A DNA stretch of 57,067 nt, counting the filler, from Basidiobolus ranarum (lineage: Eukaryota), in assembly GCA_040143965.1 (NCBI GenBank). It is 4 parts of 4 records of this genome, joined end to end, with 100 filler letters (N's around TTAATTAATTAA, not from the genome) between each part and the next. Parts side by side here need not be neighbours in the genome. Positions count along the whole stretch, not along the records: positions 14,325 to 28,518 come from JASJQH010000436.1; positions 28,619 to 42,798 come from JASJQH010000437.1; 2 more parts are not named here. One strand, 5' to 3'. A program made the position numbers and the translations under genes. Under the pieces are notes generated by a model. It was not told the DNA's origin. It saw only the letters and a list, made by a program, of their open reading frames with translations, and did no database searches. Below are positions 24,162-37,092 of the stretch, piece after piece (positions within the stretch are counted from its first letter, which is position 1; each line of letters starts with the position of its first letter).

Positions 24162-27033
24162 ATGGGCGTATCAGCTTTTCTTCAAAACCGTGATCCACTC
24201 CAAGTTTTAGAGCTCCTGAATCAGCAGAAGTTAAATAAGATCTACGAAACGTTGGGCAGGTATATATACCATGTTAGTTGATCTAAATTGAGCAGACCTA
24301 ATTTGAGTTCTGTGACAATCACGCAGTGTTCTCATAACATGGTAGTACCAGAACTCGGTATCAGAATAGTATGAATCGATGTATGAACTGGCACAAATCA
24401 AACGTGACCAAAAACCTGTTGGAACTGGTATTTTGTCTAGGCGTGACATTTATACTGTGAGAAGGTTTAGGCAGTGAATGGTTCTATGTAGCACAAGAAA
24501 CCAATTGGTCACTCAGATTTCTTAGGTTGTTTTTTCGGTACTTAATGATCATTAAGAGTAAAGTATGCTATGTGTTACGTTCACTGATAACCACTGGCAA
24601 GTCGGTAGGATGGCTCATAGTATGAGAAGATACAGGTGGTACATGTGGTTAGTCACTCAATCTATTTTGAGAAGTTTAAGCAACACTGAAACATATATCC
24701 TGTTGGTGCTCTCAATCCAGAGCATATATCTTTTTTACTAGCATTATATGGTTGCTCCGACTACTTTGAGGCTTTCTTGCATGGCTGTGGAGACTGAAAG
24801 ATATATTGCCCTCGATAATGGGCATGACGCATGGAGGAGATGGAACTAAATGAGTTGATTAACGCAGTACAACTTAAGTATCTTCCATGTATGCACTCTG
24901 TATCAGTGCTATTTTAAGCTTAACTGGCTTCGATATTCCTTACAAAGCTTGAAACAGTTGGCCATTTGGCAGCGGCTCAATGCATTGCTATCGATGACTG
25001 AAGACAATGGCGCATGTTCTCTATGTGATCCGTAGAATCTCGACTGATAGCTGTCTCTGCGAACAGAGTTAGAGCCAAACTAAAAGTATCCTTTGGTGAG
25101 CACCATTTTGACCTTCAGTTCAGCCACTTTCGTTTTCGATAATCTCCACACCCGACGCCATAAGCATCATCTTCCTGATTGGACGAAGATAGTGGATAAG
25201 AGAACAGTGTTAATGAATGTCGTGTCCATTTGAACTCCGTTGTAAATCCATCTCAGATCAAGCCTCATCTGAGAATGCTTCCCATTTGGGTGTGGCAACA
25301 TTCACTCTTATGTCAGCGAGATTCTCTTTCCAGCCCAATTCATTTTACTCCCATGGCTTACTCGCCTTGAGTTACTTGGATACATTCTCAAGATGATCTG
25401 GTTGTACAGAATTGGAAGGGCGATCACACAACTCCTGATTGTCGTGCATTGGTTCATATCTGAGGTTACGAAATCGGACCCCTCAATTGGTCGGGAGTGA
25501 ACTCAACAAATGTCACCCAAACTGACAAGCCAACTAAGTTTGGTGATCAGGCATAGCTAGTTGGAGTTGAGCAATTCCGGGTTCATTCAACCATATGAAT
25601 AATGGTTGATTTTCCTTGCGCTACATGGTACTTGCAATCATGTTTGACTGGCGTTTGCTGAAGGAATTTCTTTGACGCTCCCTTCTAAAGATGGACAGTA
25701 TCTTTTTTAAAGTCTCAGTCGGTGCAATGTTTCTTTTAGGATTTTATATCCCGGTTGTCAACGACAAGTCGTATCGACCTGTTACTATACCACCCAACTA
25801 AGGCCCTCTGGAAAAACCTGAGCTCAAAAGTTATATCTATTTGAATTTAGAAACACTACGTAGTATTGGCAACAGTTCTAATAAAAATGCTAACACTTTC
25901 AATGGTAACTTGCCTTTCGATCTATCTGCATCGAAATATACTACAAAAGAAACCAGTATTTACTCAGTATCTATCTGTTCATGCTGACTACAAGAGCACC
26001 ATAGTAAAACTTACCCATGCTGAAGGGAAGGTACTAATCTGAGCCAATCTTGGTGGTTACGAACCTGCTTACTAAGCACTAAAGTCATTGAAAAAGCTAC
26101 AGAACTTGATCTGACCATGGGTGGCCTACATATTAAACTTAGAGGTATAGAACGATGCAGATTTTAAGCCCGTTGGCTCATTATCTGCTTGGGAGGCCAC
26201 TAGAACCACCAATACTACTCCTACCCTTAATAGTTGTGAACCTCCCAAACCTCACCACTTTAAAATTTGTATAACTATTTATATATATGTATTTTATCAT
26301 ATTTTATTCAAGGATTAAATAAAACTACTTCCATTCTGAGCTATCTTGAAGTGGAAGGTGATGTGAGCATTGTTTCAGCGATTTAAGGGGGTTTTTTATC
26401 CCTGATACCACCTCTGCTCCCATGGCATTTTCAACCTTAAATAAGTTTGACCTTTTGTTACCTGAAGATCCTTACATCCTACTACTCATTACATTACTGC
26501 AGTAACATTAAATATGTGGGATACGTAATAATTTTAGACGTTCTAACCAGTGGATTTCATGTGACTTCTTATTTTAAAATATTTACGTTGGAATTGTAGC
26601 TCCACATCGTTCCAGAATTTACCATTAAGCAACGTCATATATGATGATAAATTGGACTGTTCTATGTGTGAAGCGAGAAGAAAATAAATACACGAATATA
26701 TGAAGAGAATCTCATGAATAAAATGGGCAAAACTATCGTTAAATATTGGAACTAATAAGAAGGAAACTTAAGTAAACCGTGGCTACTAGAAGAACAATTA
26801 AATGTTGAAAAATGGTAGAGGATAGAAAGGTGTAATAGGTCTCAACAGAGTAGAAGGCTTCACTTATCGAGTGCTTACGGCGGAATATCAGCTATGAAAA
26901 ACTTTTCTTGTCATTGTTTTTACTTCCTTGATTGAGTTTCATATATATACTGGGGACTCCAGAAAGAAAGCGATGAAATCTGACAAGTGCTTTAGGTCTG
27001 CTCGGAACTCCTCTGTGTTGGTTCAGTCATAAG

Positions 27034-28518
27034 CTATGGAGAAATTTGTGCAACATCAGTAGAAAGCGGCTGTAGTTGCAAAAGCTGAAGTTGCTGAATG
27101 GGCTGGGGTTTTTGATCAGGAAGTTTGTGTGGCATTTGATAACAGTTGATCACATTGTCACCTTGCCAAGTATGGCGTGAAGAATTGGAGGGTTTTTGTA
27201 ACGTTGCAATTGCTTGGGGCTGAAGAGCTGCAGGTGTAGTGTCTTTCGAAAAATCCAACGCTAACGAAGCAGAGCAACCAGTATCTCTAACATGCCAATC
27301 CATTGATTGGCTGTTGTTAGTGCCTGCATCGGCTCTTCCATATTCTATTCTTACATTTACTGGTGAAGATATATCAGTAGAATCTTTGATATGTAGATTC
27401 ACTTGGTTAGGAGGTTCTTGGTTGACTCCTTGTGAGGTCGTATGAATTGAGGACAGAGTTCCTGGTGCTCCTTCTACTCCATATGTAATGGTTTCTTCCA
27501 TAACTTGGGCATCTTTGGGATCAAACTGAACAACAGATTCAGGAACCATCGGTATTACAGTCTTGGAGGTATCGTTTACATAGCGATTGCTGTGATAAGT
27601 ATTTTCAGCTTCAATTGGGCCACACCCTTCTAAATTGAGTAAAGGAGGATTGACACTTGGTTGATTCACTTGGTGATTGTAAGTGTGTGTTCTTTTCTCT
27701 TCTGTAGTAAAGGTGGATGTTGGATGAGCTACATTCTCGGAATTATCCCCAGAATCAGATTTGGTTAGGTCTGGCGTTTCCGGGAGACTCGGTTCCAAAC
27801 TAGGATGCTTTGAATGGTTAGAGTCGGGTGGCGACTGGTTTGTTCTGATACTTGCTGGTGTATTGGCTTCTTGGCTAAATGCTGCTTGAACTAACAGTTC
27901 TAGAAAGTTCTCTTGTGGTGCAGAGTATGCCGATGATGGTCTATCCATAAAATGAGAAGGACAGGTGCTAATAGCCAGCGGAATGAGATTTAGAGGATTG
28001 TCGGACTTGTCCGAGTAGATGTTGTCTTTTTGATTGATCACTGATTCCACGCTACACAAAGTGTCTGATTGTTCCGGCAACAAAGATTCGTCGTTGAGAC
28101 TTTCAGGCTTAATGGTAGATTCCATCGGAGGGGTGTGTTGGTTGGTGGTTGCATAAGTATTTCGGACAGAGATTTCTTCCATTGATGAATTCTTGTCATG
28201 ATATGCTTCAAAAAGGGGTTTGTCTGAATTTTTTCGCTTCAATTTTGCCTGTCTGCGCTTCGCTTTTGATTCTACAGAAGTAGCTAGTTTACGGCCAGTT
28301 TTTCCGGATTGGAAAGAGTCATTCGAAAGCGAAGATTTTAAATCCGTACTTTTCTCATTAGCTATGTCTAATGGGGCCTCCAAAGCACTCATTCCATACT
28401 TTCTACGGAAGTTGTAGTAAAAATTGCGACATTGCTCGTCAGTTTTACTACCAACGGGTTTGGACAGAGAGCCGAAAGCTTGGCCAAACTTCTTTGACGC
28501 TTCAAGTGCAATGCGTCG
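27034..28518 (-). CDS. 3' part (5'-partial) of a SANT/Myb-domain protein, Snt1/N-CoR-like, with a long disordered tail
   Basis: The frame stays open upstream of the track Met to the contig edge: RRIALEASKKFGQAFGSLSKPVGSKTDEQCRNFYYNFRRKYG matches the SANT consensus (G.KT..QC.NFY.N..RK). About 450 aa of Ser/Pro/Gln-rich sequence follow. Confidence 0.78.
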   Translation of the reverse strand, partial: RRIALEASKKFGQAFGSLSKPVGSKTDEQCRNFYYNFRRKYGMSALEAPLDIANEKSTDLKSSLSNDSFQSGKTGRKLATSVESKAKRRQAKLKRKNSDKPLFEAYHDKNSSMEEISVRNTYATTNQHTPPMESTIKPESLNDESLLPEQSDTLCSVESVINQKDNIYSDKSDNPLNLIPLAISTCPSHFMDRPSSAYSAPQENFLELLVQAAFSQEANTPASIRTNQSPPDSNHSKHPSLEPSLPETPDLTKSDSGDNSENVAHPTSTFTTEEKRTHTYNHQVNQPSVNPPLLNLEGCGPIEAENTYHSNRYVNDTSKTVIPMVPESVVQFDPKDAQVMEETITYGVEGAPGTLSSIHTTSQGVNQEPPNQVNLHIKDSTDISSPVNVRIEYGRADAGTNNSQSMDWHVRDTGCSASLALDFSKDTTPAALQPQAIATLQKPSNSSRHTWQGDNVINCYQMPHKLPDQKPQPIQQLQLLQLQPLSTDVAQISP

Positions 28519-28618
28519 NNNNNNNNNNNNNNNNNNNNNNNNNNNNNNNNNNNNNNNNNNNNTTAATTAATTAANNNNNNNNNNNNNNNNNNNNNNNNNN
28601 NNNNNNNNNNNNNNNNNN
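28519..28618. other. Artificial contig linker
   Basis: 44 N + TTAATTAATTAA + 44 N. Confidence 0.99.
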
Positions 28619-28619
28619 T

Positions 28620-28898
28620 CGCTTGATGGCTACCAAGATGTTCGTCAATGAATTCGCAGCATTCGCAGAACTGGCCAGACTAACCACTTCAGGTGTACTT
28701 CAAGAAAGAACTGCATCTCTGGGTATTTATTGCCTTTGTGGATTCGCCAACTTCGGATCTATTGGTATTCAAATTGGTGCTTTGGGAGCCATGGCGCCCT
28801 CTCGTAAAAAGGATCTTGCCGAGCTTGCATTTTCTGCCATGCTGTGCGGTACCATGTCTACTCTAATGAGTGCTACCATTGCTGGCATGTTACTTTAA
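28620..28898 (+). CDS. CNT: 3' end (5'-partial) of a concentrative nucleoside transporter (SLC28/CNT)
   Basis: TKMFVNEFAAF and YCLCGFANFGSIGIQIGALGAMAPSRKKDL...MSATIAGML are diagnostic CNT C-terminal motifs. Confidence 0.95.
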   Translation, partial: RLMATKMFVNEFAAFAELARLTTSGVLQERTASLGIYCLCGFANFGSIGIQIGALGAMAPSRKKDLAELAFSAMLCGTMSTLMSATIAGMLL

Positions 28899-30149
28899 TA
28901 CAAATCGCTCTCTTTTGATTTACTGGGTCAAATACTTGACCATTAGCATCTACATTTCATTACAGCATCACACATCATTATTTGTATAATTTGAGATTAA
29001 TAAACATCACTAATTCCACAGCATTTGATTAATCCCCATTCAAACATTTCTTCATGATATTCAGTTAAGCTAGAGACTTCTCTACGTATGAACTAATCGT
29101 AAACTCCCAAGCATGTATATTTACTTAATGCCATACTTTATTGAATTGATGAAGTGCTTAATCCATCGTATAATCGATCAATTTATAATCATTGTGATAA
29201 AAGTGGTAATTTAAATGTTCACTCGGTACAAGACAATCAGATACCCTTCACGAATGGTATATATCTACTTCTTATAAACATACAGCACAGAAATGTACGC
29301 TGGGTTGGGCTCTACAACTACCACAAGATCCAGTCAGTCCTACTGTGCAAGTAGCCATTCGTACTCATGTACCTTCCCCATTTGAATCTGCTACACATCT
29401 AAGCCCATCAACGTTATAACCTACCGCGTAGGTACAAGGGCTTCCTACAATGGCACCATAATTACATCCACCAATTATTGCGCTGTGAGAAACAGATACG
29501 AATACTGCTATGATGGAAATAAAGCGGATCATTTGCGTTGGGATAAATCGGTGGGAGTTCAGCTGTAGAACATAGGAAGGGCTTATATATTAGGTTATAA
29601 TCGCTCTCCTTTAACAATCTATGGCTACCCCTTAATCCAGCAACAAAGCTTAAAAAGAATCTACTCCATTCTTCTCCTTTGTAGACATTAATGAGGGATT
29701 TTTGGTACATACCGCATCAGTGTTGGAGGATGAACAGCACCAATGGTTGTTGTCATTACTTAGATGTACTTCAATTGCACAGACATTCTTAATGTTGAGC
29801 CCTGCTTTCCTAATAAACAAATAGTTTAGAAATTTGGATCGTTACTCAGCTTCAGTTATCTAATGGTGTGATATAAACATCAAGTATGTAGTTTAATTTG
29901 ACGCAAAATATTGCTTGTTTTTTTGAATTGAACAATACTGCTCACCAAATGAGCTTATGTGCGTTTAAATGGAGAAAATATTTTGTATTTATCTTCAATT
30001 AGATTGGATCCTCCCATCAATATTCTTTACTTCAACTAGAAACAATCATATCGCTCCTCAATAACTAGACGTAGTAAGTAAATAATGATCCATTACCAGT
30101 AAACTGTTGTTACTTTAAATTATTAGAATAGGAAACGTCACGTGAATGA

Positions 30150-30400
30150 TTGCTTCACTTTACCGGTATATTGATTAGAGGATTACTGGTCGTTACAATG
30201 CTAGAGATATTCCAAGGAGCAATTCGTGCCAATCAAAGCAACTTTGATTATGCATGGATGTTGATACTTGCATTTAGATGTGCCCCGGTCATTTTCACCG
30301 TGTACTCGACCACACCTGACTCTCCACGGTTGCTTTAGATTTGAATGGAAACGCTGAGAAAGCTGGTAGATATCTGAAAAATCATCAAGAGAGAATGAAA
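30150..30400 (+). pseudogene. Decayed internal fragment of a PHO84-like MFS phosphate transporter
   Basis: GILIRGLLVVTMLEIFQGAIRANQSNFDYAWMLILAFRCAPVIFTVYSTTPDSPR, then after a frameshift ALDLNGNAEKAGRYL. Resembles the TM5-TM6/PESPR region of Pho84-type transporters. No flanking exons visible. Confidence 0.5.
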
Positions 30401-31724
30401 GAGGTATTATAAAAACCAGCATACTCTTGAAAAGGCTAGCAGAGGATCCCAATTGAATAGGTCATTAGCTGGCTTCTCCTTTACTATTGATACTATATCC
30501 ATACTAACTATACCCACTATACCAGTACTGATATAAGCTCTATCATTAGTATATAGCTATTTAGCATATATACACATACTAATGACACTTTCACGAGTAA
30601 CATCAATGATAAGGTAGCATAACATTTTGCGTGGATTGTCATCAGGATGGTTATTGTACTCCAATACGTAGTTTTTGTCAATATAATTACTACATTTTGT
30701 CAAATAGCTTGTAACTTTGTTGGTTAGAGAGGCCTTGCACTCACTGTATTGCTAAACTTCAAAAACATCAGATAATAATGGTGATGCTTCATGATTCACT
30801 TCATATATCATCCCATAAATATACTAACTCTTTCTTCTCCGATTAATCAAACTCCAAACACTATTCTCGAACTAAATATCTTTAGCTACAGCACACGTGA
30901 CAGGGGATAATTCTAACTTATTACAACAGGGCATTAATATTAATTCAATTAATATAAATGTAACAAATCAACCAGTCAGCTCAATGACAACTTAGATTGT
31001 CGGTAAAATGAAATCCGAGCTTTCAAGAAAAATATGTACACCGTTTGCTAATAAAATTATATAGTAGAGAAGAATTGTCCTATTCAAATCGTCTGTAGAA
31101 ATATTATAGCCTCAATTACAATTTTCACATTTATTATCATGTCAACTGTTGGCTCCCTCATGTCGCTGCATATAAACTGTAAAGGTGTCAATTAGAGAAT
31201 AAATTGGTTATAGTAAAGGGAACCGTTCAGTGAAGATAACTTATTGCTAGATATACCGTCTTGCGAAAAATATGTTCTAGCTCGGATAGTAAGCTCAGGA
31301 GTTGATGAGCCATCAAGGTTAGGGTAAACTTACTCTTAGATATTAAGCTGTGACAGTGTTTACTATGACATTCATTGTCTACTCTTCTAAATATAGTAAC
31401 ATGTTAACTTAAGGGACCTCTAGTTTGACTCGAATACTATCATTTGGTGGCTAGTGTTCAAGGCTTCATTAAAGCGCTATGAGATAGGAACCGGGAACAG
31501 AGTTCATAGTTACACCGAACGACACTTATGAAAGTGGCAGATGCTATAATATCAATTACACTGACACCTTAATTTAAGCCTCGTAAATGAACAATAGAAT
31601 CGATGGAGTGGTTTCAAAATCTCTCATTTTTCTAAGTGGCCTTTACTATCACCTAAAATGGAGGATAATCCAAAGATAAATCTCTTATTTTTTTGGATAC
31701 ATGACTCGTATACCGGCATAAACC

Positions 31725-31731
31725 TATAAAT
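31725..31731 (+). promoter_or_regulatory. Putative TATA box of the CHAP gene
   Basis: TATAAAT about 65 nt upstream of the in-frame ATG at 31796. Confidence 0.4.
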
Positions 31732-31795
31732 TTGAGCATCTAGGCTAATCAAAAAATATCTACCAACACTTTCTGGAAAAGTGTCTTAAAGAAGA

Positions 31796-32491
31796 ATGTA
31801 CACTCTAACTCCATTCCTGATGTTGTCTATCTAGCTTCATAACTTCATCGTGCAGCCTTTACCATTGTACAACACTAACATTCAGAACATGAAGGGATCA
31901 GACTCTGGCATGCTGATTCTATCAAATGCTTATCAACCAAGTAGTATCCAAACCAAGCTCTCCAGGAGGAATCGAAATTCCACGGGCAACAGTTATCAAG
32001 GAAATCAACCAAGTGGTAGCTCCAACAATAACAACAACGATAATGGGAATACACGCAGTACCGGGTACAAATGCAACGGCAGAATAAACGAGAACAATAA
32101 TAACCAGAGCAAAAATAGCAAAGACAATACATCTGGCACTCTTCTCCAGTTTCGATTTAATAACGGGCAATGCACTGATTGGGCAGATGCTAGATATGCT
32201 CAATTAACAGGTCATCATGTAGATTGGTCAGGTAATGCGGTGAATTGGCCTTCTTCAGCTCGTAACTCTGCTGGGTGGACCGTGTCAAACCAGGCTAAAT
32301 CACCATCCATTATTGCTCTGCAACCTGGAGTTCAGGGCGTTGGAAGTGATGGTCATGTGGCGGTTGTTAAAAGCATCGAATCCAATGGAGACGTTTATAC
32401 CAGCAATTACAACTACAATGGTGGACCATATATCAAAACCTTTGTTACTTTTAAGCCAGGAAATAGGGTTAGTTTTATCTGGCATGACTGA
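31796..32491 (+). pseudogene. Secreted CHAP-domain (Cys/His amidohydrolase-peptidase) protein with in-frame TAG in the signal peptide; intronless
   Basis: ATG 31796 reads MYTLTPFLMLSI*LHNFIVQPLP (TAG at 31832-31834), in frame with the track ORF. An Asn/Ser-rich linker leads to a CHAP domain: GQCTDWA (Cys), GNAVNW, LQPGVQG..GHVAVV (His), YTSNYN. The CHAP call is strong; pseudogene status is less certain. Confidence 0.8.
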
Positions 32492-33101
32492 TTTCCATTT
32501 GTTAAGGCAGCAACTGAGCTACCACAATGTTAGGATATTTGTTCGCTGGTCAATAAATTTAACATTAAGAGGTGCTTCTACCAGGACACATGGCTGAATC
32601 GTAATATATGTTGGAGTCGACGCAGATCAGCCAGCTAATAACAAATATTTTAACATTGTTGATGATTGACCCAACAGATCTATTCAATGCGTACTACATA
32701 CTTCGTGATCTGCATTCTAAATGCTTATTTATTTGAGAGGATGGGGCTAGAGTGCCAGAAGCTAGTATATTTGCTACAAACTTGCCAGAATTCACACCTG
32801 GGAAGTGCCATCTTGAAGCATTGATTAAACGCACATAGCTACTATTGATTATGATCAAGTTCATGTAAAATTGTCAAAGAATCTGGATAACAGACACCTA
32901 CTTTAACGAGATTATATGGAATAGAACAACTTGCACCACGTTCACAGCAATCATTTTCCATAGAGTGAGTGATCGACTAGAGACCTGTCATTGACTGTCT
33001 TTGCGGCGTACCCATCAGATCGAGAGAAAAAGCTGAAATACCAGGTATGTTTTCTAGCAAAAGCCATCAACACACCAATCTCCTCGGTGCTCTACTCCGC
33101 C

Positions 33102-34145
33102 ATGAAGTGGTTTGGATTAATCATCGCCTCGTTGTCATCGAGCTGTACAGCTTTGGCAACCCCAATCACTAAACGTCAAGATTTTACCACTATTGACACC
33201 AAAGAGCTCGGTGTCCTCAAGACTCATGCTAGATATGCTTCAGCTGCTTACTGTCCTCAGGCTGAAGTAACAGATTGGTCATGTGGTGAACGCTGTGTAG
33301 GCCGTCTGAATGTAACATCCTAATTTACCAATGAAGCTACCGGCATAGCTGGATACATTGGTTACAACAACGAAGAAAAGAAAATTGTTATTTCATTCCG
33401 CGGGTATGGGTTCTTGCGGACATTAAGTGATCAAGGTCCATTCAAGTAATATCTTATGACTCTTATAGGTCCTCTAATTGGGCTAACTGGGCAAAGAATC
33501 TAGCCATTTTACCAAGAACATTTATCTACCCTACGGCAAATGAAAATGTCAAAGTCCATAGCGGTTTCTATGAAACTTATACCAGTGCTGAAAAGACTGT
33601 TCGTTCAGGTCTTAAAGATGTTTTGACACAACTAAAAGATGAAGCAGATTCATACAAATTGGTCGTCACTGGACATTCCTTGGTGGGTGGAATCACTAAT
33701 AGTTCATTCTTCACCCATTAATTAATCACTACTGGGCTTATTCTTATAACCTTCTGCGCAATGGATATCAAGAGATTCTATTTAAATCCTGGCAGTGGAA
33801 GATCCTTCAAGTCAGAGTTGCTAATCATTGATCACTCACAGATATATCTGCACACTTATGGACAACCTGGAGCCGGAAACGCTGATTTCTCACAACTGGT
33901 GTATAATACTTTTGGCTTGAATACCACCCGTACGACATTGGCAAGAATCACTAACAATCGAGACCCAGTGACTAGACTTCCACCTCGAGATCTACATCCG
34001 CAAGGACTCTACTACCGTAGCCTGTCAGGATGTTATTGGTGGCAAAGTAAGAGAGGACCCTAGTTGCATTCTTGGAGTAATGTTTCCAATTGGCTTCAAT
34101 GACCATGGAAAGTACTGGTATATTCAGTTTGGTACTGGTTGCTAG
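33102..34145 (+). pseudogene. Secreted class-3 triacylglycerol lipase pseudogene
   Basis: Signal peptide and KR pro-site, YASAAYC, WSCGERC, in-frame TAA 33321-33323, then GYIGYNNEEKKIVISFRG, intron 33404-33468, VHSGFY, VTGHSL (nucleophile elbow, disrupted after it), TYGQP.AGN.DF, RITNNRDPVTRLPP. The C-terminus EDPSC...DHGKYW...GTGC* is in another frame. Confidence 0.88.
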
Positions 34146-36173
34146 GTGTGTTATTAATACGTGAGTCATCTCTCTTTGCCATACCTAATGGGTACTTGTT
34201 ACCCTACCCGTTAGCTCAATATTTAATAAATTCAACACTGATAACAATGCTCCGAGCGATTCTAATCATATATAATAACAAGTGACAGTTGACTTTGAAT
34301 TGATATTATCATCTTGTCATGGGTATTGGATTTGATATGACTAGCTTCAAATTTGAAACAGAGATAGTAGCCTTTGATGTTCATAATGTTTTCAAATTTG
34401 GAATAATATGTGTATCTCACCTCATATATCGTTATCTCATTTTCCGTGCTCATTCAAATTCGTTTATACCTTCAAATGTGTAAATATCATATTTGATGTT
34501 ATGAAATCAACTTTAAAAACTGTGTATCCTAATTGTAGAGTCATTAATGTATTAAACCGATACATATGGCGCGTAACTACATAACAATGATCTTGTTACT
34601 TATCAGGAACTCATTAACTAAGTATTTTTTGATTCTCCATTGCTACATGAATTAAAACCAATACTTATATAGAGTTAGCATCTATCCCATTGTATTCAGG
34701 TACTTGTGTAGTTATTTTGCCTTGAGCCTTTCTCTTTCACCAAGAGAGTTAGTGATATATGTTATACAGCATCTGAATTTCTTGTGCAATTTAATTCAGC
34801 TCCCCCTGTCATTATATGATGACCTGAATAATATTGAAGCAAGGCCCGATGCAGCTGTAGAGCAGGTCTAATACCAAAAATTAAACCTCTAGATTACACA
34901 TTCTAAACTATGACGCAGTTTGAGTTTTTATAACATAAAAGTTTAGGCATTACAAAATTAAAAAAGTAGTATACTATGGAATGTTTTTGTTAACAATGTA
35001 TACCAATTTATATGAATAAGCCTATTGCCCACCAAAAAACCTACTAAAATTTGAAAAATCTCCTTACCTGTGGTCTGCATAATGTTAGTAACATGTCAGT
35101 ATATCTTACCCATGGTTTTCTAGGGGCTACAAAGCTCGTGCATTATTCAACATACACCACATATATAAACCGGTCTTTAATAATTCAACGCATGCACAAA
35201 TTCTAGCCAACTCAAAAACAATACCACAGTGTTTCCACACCCGAATTTGAAGCAAATTTATAAGGATTCAGATGTTAGATTGCAAGTACAGAACTCACTC
35301 GATGTCTGAACTATGCCAAAGTGAAATGGTGTATATTATTTAGAAGTGTAGCACATATTATTGCAGCTGCGTACAATACCATTTACCTTTGTTTTATTTG
35401 AAAGGCGCCAATTCAAAACTGTGTCCCATTTGAATTTTAACGGGCATGTAAGAACGTTTTAATACAAGCGATGGAAAAAGGTAGAGGAATAACAACTCTT
35501 AAATAATCTTTAGAGCTTCTACTGATAAGGGGAACTCTAGATTGTGGTGTATGGCTTTGAAATATACTTTCTTGCATCACTATAAGCGAGTCTGTCCACC
35601 CTTATTGATATCGATGCTACCAACGGTCCAGACCCGATTTTGGATAATACTTCGCAAATACTTTACTTTAGGGGTGATCTCAAAGATCAGAAAATCATAG
35701 TTGTAGAAAAATCCAATTTCCACCTAGTGTCGTGCACATAAATAACTATTGAATCAACGTTTCTTTAATATATATAGTTGTTATTATTACAACTCATCCA
35801 AATTTGGTATCAACCACTTCCTCGATATAGTTATACCTTGCAATCCCCGGACATATAAGGAGGAGTCTTGATTCTTAGATCTATAACCTATATACGTCAT
35901 AGGTATATTCTCACCCGAAAACTATTTGACATGTAAATCAGCGATGTTAGAAAAGGTAGTCTTATTGGGTGTTGAATATATAAGCTTTAAGCTTTTGTGT
36001 GACAATTCCATTAGATGCCATCTTCAACGGTATTCATATAGTAGACAGTCTATAATTCTCACGTTCTATGTTGTCAAAGACAATCAGACTATATACACCC
36101 GAGGAACGTAGAGAATAATACTGTGTAATTCTCAAGATTTCCTAAGAAATGGGCACAAAAGAAGCAAGGTCTG

Positions 36174-36860
36174 ATGAATAGAAAGAAATTCAGAGGCTAT
36201 CCTAAGTTTGGTAGTATTGAAAAGCCACATGATAATTACAATTTCGATATCCGCATTCCACTTTTTGCCTATATAATTCGATCCAAGTTTCTCAATTACT
36301 GTTCGATAAAAACCCTCTCTCCTGTAGTGAGAAATACACATAAACCAAAGCAAAACATATTACGATTACAGCCCTGGAAACGTTCTTCAATAATAGCTAT
36401 GAACTGTGTAAGGAAAGTGAACATGACATCCGCAGAATATCAAGAGTATACCCTGCTTATGATTCCAAAGGACCTAGCCCATTCACTTCAAGATAATAAG
36501 TTCTTAACTACTAATAATCAACTCCGAAATATAACAAATTCACCCGATGAATTCATCAAGAACCCGGAACAGCTGGCATGTCTATGGATGGACAACTACT
36601 TTTGGCGCCAAGATGATAAAAATTATGTAGCATTAACTTGCATCAACTTTTACCGAGAAGAGCCATTTGGAAACTTTTTTGAGCCATTTGAAAATCATTA
36701 TAGCTCCGGAAACGTGAAAAAGCCTACTCTGTTAGGTGTATTTCTACTAAGCCTTGTGTATTCTATGATACTTTAACCCCCCTTATTTAAAGAATTTCTG
36801 ATGTCAGAGCTTGTGTTGAACGAGTCGAATATCGGAACACCAGTATTTTGCAGATGAAAT
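36174..36860 (+). other. Possible decayed gene of unknown family
   Basis: 200-aa ORF with a protein-like second half (EYTLLMIPKDL...EQLACLWMDNYFW...). Broken coding-like pieces lie upstream (35600-35730), and a possible intron starts near 36736. No family recognised. Confidence 0.3.
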
Positions 36861-37092
36861 GATTTGGAGTATATAAACTTGAGCATGAATAAAAATATGA
36901 ATCATTCAATTTAGGTCACTTATCCTAATTGTATAACTTTCAAAACTCATTGACCTTGAGAGGAGGTTCATACAACCCTTATCATCTCAATACAAGTAAT
37001 ATCAACCACCAGAGCAATGGAAAAAAGTAGAAGTATTTTTTCCTTGAATTATTAATAAGAACAAAATTTTAAGATTGGATATTTTTGTATGA

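Noticed and set aside
31832..33323. Stop-codon reassignment or readthrough as the explanation for in-frame TAG/TAA
   Set aside because: Intact genes here end in TAG (MTHFR, sulfotransferase, MATE), TAA (PPR, CNT, UTP13) and TGA (LRR gene), and the lipase also has frameshifts.
31796..34145. CHAP plus lipase as a co-regulated antibacterial cluster
   Set aside because: Adjacent and co-oriented, but both are damaged and there is no evidence of conserved linkage from one locus.
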